Origin: Puccinia triticina
Lineage: Eukaryota
Assembly: GCA_026914245.1 (NCBI GenBank)
Contig: CP110439.1
Location: 5,704,001 to 5,768,000 of the forward strand
Length of the DNA: 64,000 nt
Reading direction: 5' to 3'
Shown here: piece after piece, positions 14,501 to 24,729 of the stretch
Numbering within the stretch: the stretch's first letter is position 1
Layout: every line of letters starts with the position of its first letter
The notes under the pieces: model-generated
Databases searched by the model: none
Told to the model about the DNA's origin: nothing
What the model saw: only the letters and a program-made list of their open reading frames with translations
Program-made: the position numbers and the translations under genes

Positions 14501-15437
14501 GTGCATGTTAAAATCCCCGCTATGGAAGAATGTCAAAAAATTCCACTTGAGACGCAACATTTGCTTATTGGGCCCAGGGGACCAGCCACTTGAACAAGGT
14601 TCCATTCAGTTTAATAAATGGCAACTGAACATAGGAGAAGGTACTATACAGAAGGACTTGGTCGATCAAATCCTTTTGCGCTTTGGTACTCTTTTCAGGA
14701 ATTATTCTATTCCGGCCTTATCATCAGATATCATCCAATTCATTTATGGGCAGTTGACCGTGCAGGAACAGCCATTCTCTGACCAGTTCCTCACTGGTTA
14801 ATACAAGAACCGAGCCATAATTACTCCTCTGAATAAGTACGTCAAGACAATCAATAAGCAATGTCTTAAACTACTCCCTGGGGAACTCTTCATATCCACA
14901 TTGATAGATCAAATGACGGACTCAACTGAGAAGGCGGTCCCGGAAGAATACCTGAACAAGGTAGACATCCCAAACTTTCCAGAACATAAATTAGAGTTAA
15001 AGGTTGGACAGCCGTTAGTTCTGCTCCGGAACCTGAATGGTTTGGCAAATGGAACAAAAATGTTACTTCTCGATATTGAACGGACGGTGCTCCGAGTCAA
15101 GATCCTTACTGGTACTGCGACCGGAAAGATTCAAGCTTTACCTCGAATCAACCTGAAATACGAGCCTGATATGGAATTCGGGTGTTCTTTTTTGAGGTAT
15201 CAATTTCCTGTGGTTTGTGCATTCGCCATGACAATCAACAAGTGCCAAGGGCAGTCCCTCGACCATGTTGGGGTCTTTTTGCCTCGCCCTGTATTTGCGC
15301 ACGGTCAATTGTATGTAGCGTTGTCAAGAGCCACCTTTGTCTCTGGATTGGCCGTGGCTTATGTCCCAGAAGAAGATAGTCAAGTCACTACGAATGTTGT
15401 AAACATTGGCCTGCTCTCCTCCCACCTGCATTCTTAA
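11534..15437 (+). pseudogene. Helitron Rep (HUH endonuclease)/Pif1-family helicase, intron-containing, decayed
   Basis: N-terminal CxxC..HW..CC segment and IRNYNNGLAFASLG. Rep motifs FITMTANPRW, EFQKRGLPHAH and KYLFKY. Helicase motifs GPGGTGKT, IWDEISM, GGDFCQ, FAMTINKCQGQSL and HGQLYVALSR. Several in-frame stops. Confidence 0.95.
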
Positions 15438-16400
15438 TCAAAATGAATAGTTGTATGGAATCCAATACACCTGTTGTATGCATTTCATGCCTCTCTACAT
15501 GTTGCGTCTGGCTCCCAGGGAATGTGCCACATTTTGCCCTGAAAATTTCCTGTGTAACAAAGGGCTCAGTATGCATACTCTTGCTCCCTGGGATTGCCTA
15601 TGAATTGCAATTGAGTCAGGGGCAAGGCCAAGAGCTTTGCTAAATGTTCCTTCATTGAAGGTCATGATCATGAGGCCAAGTTATGTACTTAAGGCATGAC
15701 CAGTTCCACTTCAGTGCGTGAATTCACCTCATAAATCGGATTATTTTTTGTTCTGGTAAATCCTGTGCTAGAGCCACCTATACCGGTGTTTTACCTATCT
15801 CTACAATTAATTACAAGCATAAAATGGAGAGTTTGGCTTTTCTGATAACAGGCTGATTCAGGACAAAGGATACTTGTGTTTTTGGATTTCAATTCATAAA
15901 TATGTATGTGAACATTGAAGGGTTTAAATTATAGTTTTGTTTTGCCGTAGGGACATTAATCTGTCCTATGAAAAACCCCCAGGCGGTGAAACAATACTTG
16001 CCTATACTCTTAATTACAATTTGAAGGTTCATTAGGTAGGTGCGCCATCATTGCGAATTAACCATATCCGATGCATAACAATTATTGATAAGATCCTAAC
16101 TGAGTGCCTGACACATGTGGTTGACTCAATCTATATACAGGAGTCGGAGACCAGTAAAATTATTGATGAAAAAGGTCGTACTAAAGCGGAGTCAAAAAAA
16201 GGGTGACAGCTTTAGTCCTGAAATGATGGTTTTGCCAATATCAGGGTGGAGCAATGGTTCTAACTTGAGTCTCAAGTGTTTGTGGGCAACATTGAGTCGC
16301 ACTGAGACAACCTAGGGTCAAGGTCGTAATGAAGCGGAGTCAAAAAAAGGGTGAAAGCTTTAGTCCTGAAATGATGGTTTTGCCAATATCAGGGTGGAGC

Positions 16401-17234
16401 TGTCAGCCTTAGAGTCAACACAGTTGACCTAAAACTGCCTTTTATCTCCATTTTATACCTAAATGTGCTCATATCTTTTTGACCTTAAGACATAAGGTTG
16501 TTTTGACTTCAGATTCTGATTTCTCATGCAATTTTGACCCTAGTGTTTGCTGATCACTTTACAATATCTCTACTCCTTCATAGAGTTTGTGGTTTGTGAC
16601 ACACATGTGCAGCAGCGCCGTGTAGTCGTGCCTGAGCGCTCCCAACCACATGTACATGTGTGATTATGTCATCCAACTTTGAAAATTTTCGAATTCAGGA
16701 TCCCCCATGCAGCTGGAGGATCCACAGACTTCAGCACACCAGAACCACACCCCAGATAACCCAGGATCACCACCAAAGAGACTACCACACTCCCAGTATA
16801 CCTACCGTCACAGGCGCCTAGGATATTGACAGTAAGTAGACTCTTTTCACTGAACCTTGCTTATCCAGAGGGAAACTCTGTTGCTCTTGACTGTTTCTTC
16901 TTTTCTTCAACTCTTTCAATCTTAAAAGATCAAAAGGTTATCTCTGGTTAAGACCTACAAAACCAGAGCAGAGTAGTAACCCTACTTCTGAATCCCACCA
17001 ACGTTTCCTTGTTGTGAGTGGAGGCTGTTGCACTCTTTCTTGGCCTTGCACAGCTGGCATCCAACTTTTCCAGGTTGAGAATAGCCCAGATCAATTAATT
17101 AAGACTTAAAGTCTAGGCCTGATCTTCTCTTTCTTTCTTCTCTCTCTGTTTGTATTTTTTTATCCCAAGAAATCCAACCAGAGTCCCCCCATTTTCCTTG
17201 TGTCCTGTTGTCACACAAGAGACACAGGCTCACA
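16401..17234 (+). mobile_element. Solo LTR (family B) inserted in the Helitron
   Basis: TGTCAG...CTCACA flanked by a 5-bp TSD GGAGC. It interrupts the second copy of a ~150-bp tandem duplication (16170-16400, 17235-17310). Homologous to 31308-32395. Strand assigned from the shared 5' terminus with LTR family A. Confidence 0.92.
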
Positions 17235-17486
17235 GGAGCAATGGTTCTAACTTGAGTCTCAAGTGTTCTTGGGCAACATCAAGTCGCACTGAGACAACCT
17301 AGGGTCAATGAACAACACTGATCAAGAACTGATTCTGGGGATTTGACTAACCATAACTGGAATTATATCAAGGCTTTGCTTGACGTCAATCAGTTTTGCC
17401 CGGATGAAGACCATCAATTCAAAAGGTATTGGATTGTTGTGAAATTCCAATATATCCTTTGGAATTTTCATGAAAAGAGTTCCGGC

Positions 17487-17963
17487 CTAGCGAATTGTTC
17501 TTGTTAGCTGGAACAAACACCAGGATTTGCATACATAACGATCCCCACTGACATTGGGTTTCTCAAGCATCGCATCAAATGGAGGTATACCGCTGCACAA
17601 ATACTTCATCTCTCCTTGAACCGTGGGCCCAGCGGTAGAGTACTCGATGAAATCGGGTGGCGGTCCGTCAGAGATATGGACGACGTGAGCTAGAACAATA
17701 ATCGGTCGACCGTCGCACTTCGTAAACAGCTCGCCGCTGTAGGAAATCCACAAGCTCCGTTTTGGTTTAACTCCAAGCTCATTTTTGCAATGGAAAATTA
17801 AATCGTATTCTGGAGATTGGTATTCCAGAAACTTGCCATCACTATTGCGTCGAGTTTGTTTTGGAACTGTTAAAACGTAAGTCCAATTTGAGGGATTGTA
17901 CTTCATGTTATCTAATACTTCACAGCCTTGAACATACATCTTGATCCGGAGGGTACTTGTCAA
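17487..17963 (-). CDS. Antisense accessory ORF near the Helitron 3' end (unknown function)
   Basis: 158-aa ORF with protein-like composition lying within the Helitron boundaries. Probably part of a longer spliced or decayed gene. Confidence 0.45.
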   Translation of the reverse strand: MTSTLRIKMYVQGCEVLDNMKYNPSNWTYVLTVPKQTRRNSDGKFLEYQSPEYDLIFHCKNELGVKPKRSLWISYSGELFTKCDGRPIIVLAHVVHISDGPPPDFIEYSTAGPTVQGEMKYLCSGIPPFDAMLEKPNVSGDRYVCKSWCLFQLTRTIR

Positions 17964-18728
17964 TCTTTGTCCGGAAGATGAAAGAAGATATTTTGTTTTG
18001 AGGCTCTATAGGAAAGCAAAATTGGCTGAGACAGCCCTCACAGGACCTAGGATGAGTCTTATCCTGAACCAAACCCAGGGGTTCAGGGGTTTCAGTTGCC
18101 GAGTTCGGCCGGATCAAGTCAGTGTTGGACCTGTTGCGCAGGGACAGCAGGCTATTTGTTCTGGAACTGGCCAAGACGCCAATCCGATGGTTGACATAGC
18201 ATCATTCGTCCTGTTTGGAAGTACATAGCTCAATACCTTAAATCAGGAAGTGCGGAAAAGCTGCCAGTTGAGTACCCCTGTTCCCCTCCCACAGCGTGGC
18301 CTTGTAATAGGATATTTGCACTGTTCCCAACGCAGGTATCAGGGAAACTTCGCGGCGTCTAATCCACATACATATTCTTATCGCGTAGTCAAGGCCCCAT
18401 AACAGGTTTTGGCTTAATGAGTCACTTAGGTGTAGTTAAATCAGGACACGGAAATTGTTCCCCATTGAAGGGCAGCAGGTTGGCATCTTATAGACAATTG
18501 TGTTCACTGTTCAATCTAGGAATCAAGACTCAGGAAAACCTGGGTGACAGTCCTAGAGCAAGGAACAACCTCCTCCTGACAGGTCCTCGCCTGTTTTATT
18601 CTGTGCCATTTGCGCTATCATAGCTCCAGGAAATGTCTGATATGTTTACGTCAGCTATGCCAGCTGCGGACCTGTTCTTGGTTTACAGGCGTGAGCTATG
18701 TTCCGCGGCGCAGCCGCAATTTCTCTAG

Positions 18729-20426
18729 TGACAATAATTCATAAAGAAGGGAGATTGCATAAAAATGCAGATGGAATCTCTAGGTGGTCCCTACCAAATA
18801 CACCAGATAATCCAGCCTGGGCACCTGAAGAACCAGAAGAATTACCAATTATGGGAATTAGCATTACTGAACTAGAAGATGAATTCTTTGAAGAAATCAG
18901 AAATAGTTATAAACAAGACAAGAACTGCACATTAATAGTACAAATATTATCCAAAACAGATTCAAAGGATGATGATCTGATTGCAGCATTGGATACAGCA
19001 TGGAAGAAATCATATCAAGAAGGAAGATTCCATCTATTTGACGGAATCATCTACCACAGATCCAAACACACATGTGTACTAACTGTAATGGACAGAGTAT
19101 TGATCAATACACTGCTACATGAATGCCATGACAGTACATCATCTGGTCATCATTCTTCAGACAGAACAGAAGAAAGAGTAAGGAACCTAGCATGGTGGCC
19201 AACATGGCAACAAGATGTAGAGACATACTGCACCACATGTGAGAGATGCTAGAGAGCAAACAAAGCAACAGGCAAAAGGTTTTGGCACATGATAAAAATA
19301 GAAGAACCCACTAGACCATGGTAAACAGTTAACATGGACTGGGTTACAGGACTACCACCTGGAGGAAAGAAGAACTATAATGCATGTCTAGTCATTGTAG
19401 ACAGATTTAGCAAAACACCTATATTTTTACCATGTCACAAAGATGATACAGCTATGGACACAGCCATAATGATTTGGCAACAAGTGATTTCATGGACAGG
19501 ACTATTCAAAACCATCATCAGTGACAGGGATCCCAAATTTACATCAGATCTATGGAGAGGATTGTACCGCTTATTTGGCACCAAACTCTCTTTCTCAACA
19601 GCATACCATCCACAAACAGATGGGCTAGCAGAGAGAATGATTCAGACCTTAGAAGACATGCTAAGAAGATTCTGTGCATATGGATTAGAGTTTAAAGATT
19701 CTGATGGATTCACTCATGACTGGGTCACACTACCAGCCCTAGAGTTAGCCTACAGGACATCAACCCATGCATCAACAGGGAAAACACCAGCTATTTTAGA
19801 AAAAGGATGGAACCCCAGACTACCACAAGACAGCTTGAAAAAGGACTTGGTAGAAGTACACCCCACAGCAGCAAGCTTTAAAAATATGCTGGACAAAGCC
19901 AGAAAACACGCCCAACAAAGCATGGACAATGCATTTGAATACAGCAAAAAAATGGGACAAAAAGCATACAGTACCCAGCTTCAGAATAGGAGATTTAGTA
20001 TTAATATCAACTACAAACTTTACTAATATTAAAGGACCTAAGAAACTTAGGAATGCATTTGTAGGTCAATTTGTAGTCAAAGCATCACATGGACCAAATG
20101 CAGTAGAAGTGGAACTATATGGAGAACTAGAAAAGAAAAATCCTATATTCCCAGTAAGCTTACTTAAACACTATAATGAATCAGATGCTGGATTTTTCCC
20201 TTTACGCAAGGAAATACCTGAAGTAGAAGTACCTCCACTTTAAGAGTCAGAGGAGAAGAAAATTCATAAGATCTTGAAAGACAAAAAGATCAGAGGAGAG
20301 AAAGATAAATTATATCTTGTAAGATACAGGAACCCAATTCATGAGGATGAATGGCTACCAGAAAAGGACATTAAAGATGCGGATAAATATCTATGAAGAT
20401 TAAAGAACTCTAAACACAAAGATTAA
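18729..20426 (+). pseudogene. gypsy pol 3' part: end of RNase H, integrase and chromodomain
   Basis: HKNADGISR; HHCC motif (HECHDS..GH..CERC); MDWVTGLP, ISDRDPKF, HPQTDGLAER; C-terminal YLVRYRNPIHEDEWLPEKDI chromodomain. Stops and frameshifts present. Confidence 0.93.
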
Positions 20427-20462
20427 ATTATTTTAGAATTTAACCTTTTTAGAGGGGGCGAG

Positions 20463-21454
20463 TGTCAGCCTTAGAGATACATCAAGTATCCAAAAGACTG
20501 CAATAACTTAGTAAATAATAATAATTATTAAATTATTATTGCAGAATCAGATTCCTCATCATAAATTAAGGGGGACCACCCACTCAAAGTAACCCCTTAT
20601 TCCTATTCCTTCATGTCCTAATTGTATAAATAAGAATTGGCCCCAGAAAGCGCCCAAAAATAGTATTACATACAAAAATGTAGTAAAACAAACAAATTAC
20701 ATAAAGATAAACTGTTGTACATTAATGAGTAATATTACTTGTGTAAAAATACCCTGTGAAAGTATTATGTAGACTTCTACTGAAGCTCTTTCACATGAAA
20801 ATTGGTTATAAACAAGTCATGTGACAGAGTCAGGGAAATTAGTCTATTACAATACAAATAATTTGCCCACAGCCAAGCCCTGTTCACGGCTACACCTCAG
20901 GATACTCCCATAGAGAGAAAAGGACTTAGTGTTTATGCCCACTGAAGTCCCATCTATAAATAGAGGCCTATTTGGCCCTCAGGAAAAGATCCCCCAGACC
21001 ATTCACCGCCCATAAACTGTAAGTTTGCCGTGAATATTCTCCTCTGCTACTATTGTAGCCACTTTTCCTTATAAACCATCCCCAGCATGTGTAATCCACT
21101 GGATTAAACTCTTTAAATCATCAAAAATCCCTTATTAGCATATTTAAAGATTTATCCTTATAAGTAGTTGCCGTAAGACCTCTGCCTCTGTCAAGCAGCC
21201 AATCATTTTGAGCGCTTACCACCTACTTTTACGCCAAATTAATTCCCTGTAATTAATAATTACATATTATTAATTACATAATTAATCCTTCCTCTGTTAC
21301 AGAGTGTTTAAAACCTTGTAGTGGCCATATTTGCCACGTAACAAGCTTGGTAATTTATATTACCAGTTTTTACATCAGCACAGTTATAGTGCTAGGGCCC
21401 AAAACCCTTATTTTGATGGGTTTTTTGCCCTAAGCTTCATAAACAGAGCTGTCA
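20463..21454 (+). repeat. LTR family A, shared between gypsy copy 1 (as 3' LTR) and copy 2 (as 5' LTR)
   Basis: TGTCAG...CTGTCA, with ends confirmed by TSD-bounded solo homologues at 32511-39114 and 57634-58644. Preceded by a PPT and followed by a PBS-like TGGGGGCCTCA. Confidence 0.92.
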
Positions 21455-21456
21455 TT

Positions 21457-21467
21457 TGGGGGCCTCA
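21457..21467 (+). promoter_or_regulatory. Putative primer-binding site (tRNA-Pro-like)
   Basis: TGGGGGCCTCA lies 2 nt after the LTR end. It resembles tRNA-Pro-type PBS sequences beginning TGGGGGC; the tRNA identity is not verified. Confidence 0.55.
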
Positions 21468-22048
21468 TTGTGTTTTTTTATTCAGAGTGCCTGTCAAGGA
21501 TAAAACTGATCGTTTTTCTGAGTTTTTCCCTTATTTTTAGCGATTATCCATATTTTTGCCGTCAGTACTTCAGTTTTTACATAAAAACCAATCAAATCCA
21601 CTAAACAAGTACGAGTTTTTCCTTGTTTCTGACATATTGTGCAATAGAGAGACAAAACAATAAAATACATATAAAATACATAGAACTAAACTGTACAAAA
21701 CATGTATTTTACATTTTTTCCTTTTTCACTGCAAGTCTAGTGTCTGCTCCCGTGCCAGCCGCTCTACCAGCCAACAACCAACGGGATACAACAAAATCCG
21801 CCAATCCAAAGACCGCGACCGCAGAAAAGCCAGCTAAGAACGGCGAACGAACAGCCTTGCTCCCACCCGGCTTCTTCCTCAGCCCATACCAGGATAAGAA
21901 GAGACTGCACCCGGCGACGTTACCCGCTTGAATCATTGAGAAACAATTTGACTCAAAGGCTGCGGCGCTTAAATTGCTCAAAGGTTAGATTTCTTTTAGT
22001 CAATCAACGAAAACATAAAAAACATAACTAACAATTACTTTCCCAAAC

Positions 22049-22579
22049 ATGGTTGGAACCAGATCAGGAAAGGACCACGCAGCAAACCCTCCCCCCACCA
22101 AAAGCGGTAGAGGAAGGGGAACAGCCCTAGGAGGACAAGCTCAAGGTCATCACCAAGGAACCCCCTCAAGGTTAGTAGATACACCCTCCAAAAACACAAA
22201 CGTAGAAGATTCAATCTTGGCCCTAGTCCTCAACAAAGCACAGGAGGACGCAAAAGTGATATTCAAAGCAACAAAGGCCGCTTACTTGAACGCCAAGAAT
22301 TACAACAAGATGGATCTCCTCAAGTCGTACCTCGAGCAAGTGATCTCGTTGTTCCGGGTTGTCCAGAAGTTCCTCCTGTGGAAGGAGATCTTGACTAAGC
22401 ACTTGGATGGCTGGAACCTGACTAAGCACTTGGACGGCTGGAGCCCGTACACGGAGCAGAAGCATATCAAAGTCCTCAAGAACAAAAAACAAAACTCAAA
22501 GGAAAGCAGCAAGCACAATCTGAAGAAGGTCTACAAGATACCAAAGATCAACCGCTCCAAACCGCAACCGTTGTGGTAG
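22049..22579 (+). CDS. Extra ORF upstream of gag in gypsy copy 2
   Basis: 176-aa ORF (MVGTRSG...) between the PBS and gag, containing a 27-bp internal tandem duplication (LTKHLDGWN/LTKHLDGWS). Confidence 0.5.
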   Translation: MVGTRSGKDHAANPPPTKSGRGRGTALGGQAQGHHQGTPSRLVDTPSKNTNVEDSILALVLNKAQEDAKVIFKATKAAYLNAKNYNKMDLLKSYLEQVISLFRVVQKFLLWKEILTKHLDGWNLTKHLDGWSPYTEQKHIKVLKNKKQNSKESSKHNLKKVYKIPKINRSKPQPLW

Positions 22580-23528
22580 ACGGAAAAGTGGAAAAATAAA
22601 AAGTTTTTTTCTATGCCACATAATTACTCATACTAGGCCTCAAGATACCATCAAATGGACCCCAGAAATGGATTCTACGGCCAATTTTACCCCTAGTCAC
22701 AACTGGAAGCGTCACTGGAGCCCCTCTGGATTGGAACCTACACGCCCTTGGACAATGGACACCCATCACACGTTCAGCATACCCAGTCACCAGCCTTTCA
22801 CAAGCCTCAAGTCAAGGATCACAGTATTATGCTTATACACATCAAAGGATACAAGCATACATCTCCCCATCAGACTATAGTCATCACATAGTATCAAGTA
22901 CTCTTCTATTTCCATATTATGATGTCATCCCACACTGATCCTGCAGTTCAGACGTCATTTATGCACCCCCTGCATCCACCTGTCAACTAATGCAGCCTAC
23001 TGTCACTTTACGCAGCCTTCATGCAGCCCTACTGCATGCTTATGACATCATTTATGTACCCCTGACACATTATGACATCATTTGTATCTACTCTCACCAG
23101 CTAAAATCCCTCACACTGTTGTCCAGATCAGCTGAAACCCTAACCCACAAGCCCTCTGGGGCTCCACTTCTGTCTATATAAGGAGATCTCTCCTCCCCAG
23201 TTGTCAGCTCCTCAGTTCATCACTCACCAATCACAGTCACCCCAATATTCACCCTTACCAATTATAACCAACCCTTATATAAATCATCAACTCTATACCT
23301 TGTCAATCAAACAACTCATCTTGAGCCAACCTACCCTATCACTCAAATAAAACTTGCCAAGCATAGCTTGGTGGGTCTTGTTGACTGATAGCATAGAAGG
23401 GCAGAGTTTGCACCTCCATCATCCCCTTCTCCATTCAGCAAAAGGTTCTCAGGAACACTTTTGAGTCTTACACCGTCGGGCTCAAAGCCGAAACTGTACA
23501 AGAGAAAGCCGAAGAAGGGTGAAAAAAA

Positions 23529-24729
23529 ATGGAAGGAGACCTTCCGGATGGCCCGAGTATTGATGGAGGTAAAAGATGCAATCAAGGAATAGCCAAGAGT
23601 ACCAACAGAAGCTTCCCTATTCCACTTTCTTCCATAACCACAGAACATATCCAGCAGTCCTCTACATACATATCTACAACCAAGAGTCCTGAATTAGCCC
23701 TTCAACCTAAAGCTCCTATAGCCAGATTGTCCGCATATGTTCCTAGGACAGTTAAACCCGGGATTACGAGAATCAATCCTATTCCTAGTACTTCTAATAT
23801 TGAACCTGTTACAAAGTCCGCTAAGCACCGAGAGCCCATTCCCGAGTCAGAGAGACAAGCAATTGTAATTCCCAATGTTGTTAGCCAAGAACCTATCGTT
23901 ACAGTCAGAGAAATGAATCATATTTCTAAACAAGATAACAAACTAGTGCACAAAGAAGTTCAAAGCTTAAATAAGCAAGAGGACAGTAAGCCAGCCAGAG
24001 AGAAAAGAGAATCTGAAAGAAGAAATAAAACAGAAAAACTCAAAGAGCTTATAGACCATAATGAGCCTCTAGCAAGAGTAGAAGACTTCTTTAATCAAAT
24101 TTTGATTAAAAATATTGAGCACATTGACAGTAAAATCAATGCCATCCACCAGAATGTACATGACAGTACCTTTAAAATTAAAAATTTAACAGAACAAGCG
24201 GTGGATAGCGCCAAAGATATTAAAAGTATTGTACCAGAGGTTAGGAAAACTATAGGCATAATACAACAAATAAGTAATATAAAGCTAGGTCTTGTAGACT
24301 ACAACAATAAATTACAAAAAATTACAAAAAATTACAACAGAAATTCAGACAAATTCTAAAGAAGCCACAGTAATTACTAAGTTAAATGCAATACATACTG
24401 ATATTAACAGGTTGGATATTACCAGCAAACTGGACCAACTAAAAATAGACAGTGAGCATGAGTCAGAAAACCGTGAAACTCAAGATGAAAACATACTGGA
24501 AATAATGGACAAAGTTGATAAACTAAAACAACTCATTATACACAACAGTGACAGTATGGCAGATGAAATCATTAAAATCAACAATAAGTTTGATTAAATG
24601 CAGAGCAAGCTTATGGCTAGCATGGATAACATAGCACAAAAAATTGGCAACAATACACAAGTGCAACCTCAAAATCAGACACCATACAAACAAGGGATGA
24701 AAGATGTACCACCACATCGATCTAGCAAT
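23529..24729 (+). pseudogene. gag N-terminal part of gypsy copy 2, truncated
   Basis: 24392-24729 is highly similar to 1210-1547. Stops at 24357 and 24595; similarity ends abruptly at 24729. Confidence 0.85.

Larger units (their letters stand above)
4445..18728 (+). mobile_element. Full-length (14,284 bp) autonomous-type Helitron with accessory genes
   Basis: Starts TC at 4445 after A and ends GCGGC-GCA-GCCGC (18705-18717)...CTAG (18725-18728) before T. Removing it restores the pol frame (aac a|tg aca ata att cat = YRGN-M-TIIHKEG) with no TSD. Contains Rep/helicase. Confidence 0.95.
1210..21454 (+). mobile_element. Ty3/gypsy chromovirus-type LTR retrotransposon (copy 1), interrupted by a Helitron at 4445-18728
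   Basis: Domain order gag-PR-RT-RH-IN-chromodomain, polypurine tract AGAGGGGGCGAG just before 20463, and a 3' LTR at 20463-21454. Confidence 0.95.

Noticed and set aside
20988..21465. Tf1-like self-priming (LTR cccccaga pairing with tttggggg)
   Set aside because: Only 8 nt with a wobble pair; a TGG-initiated tRNA-type PBS explains the site at least as well.
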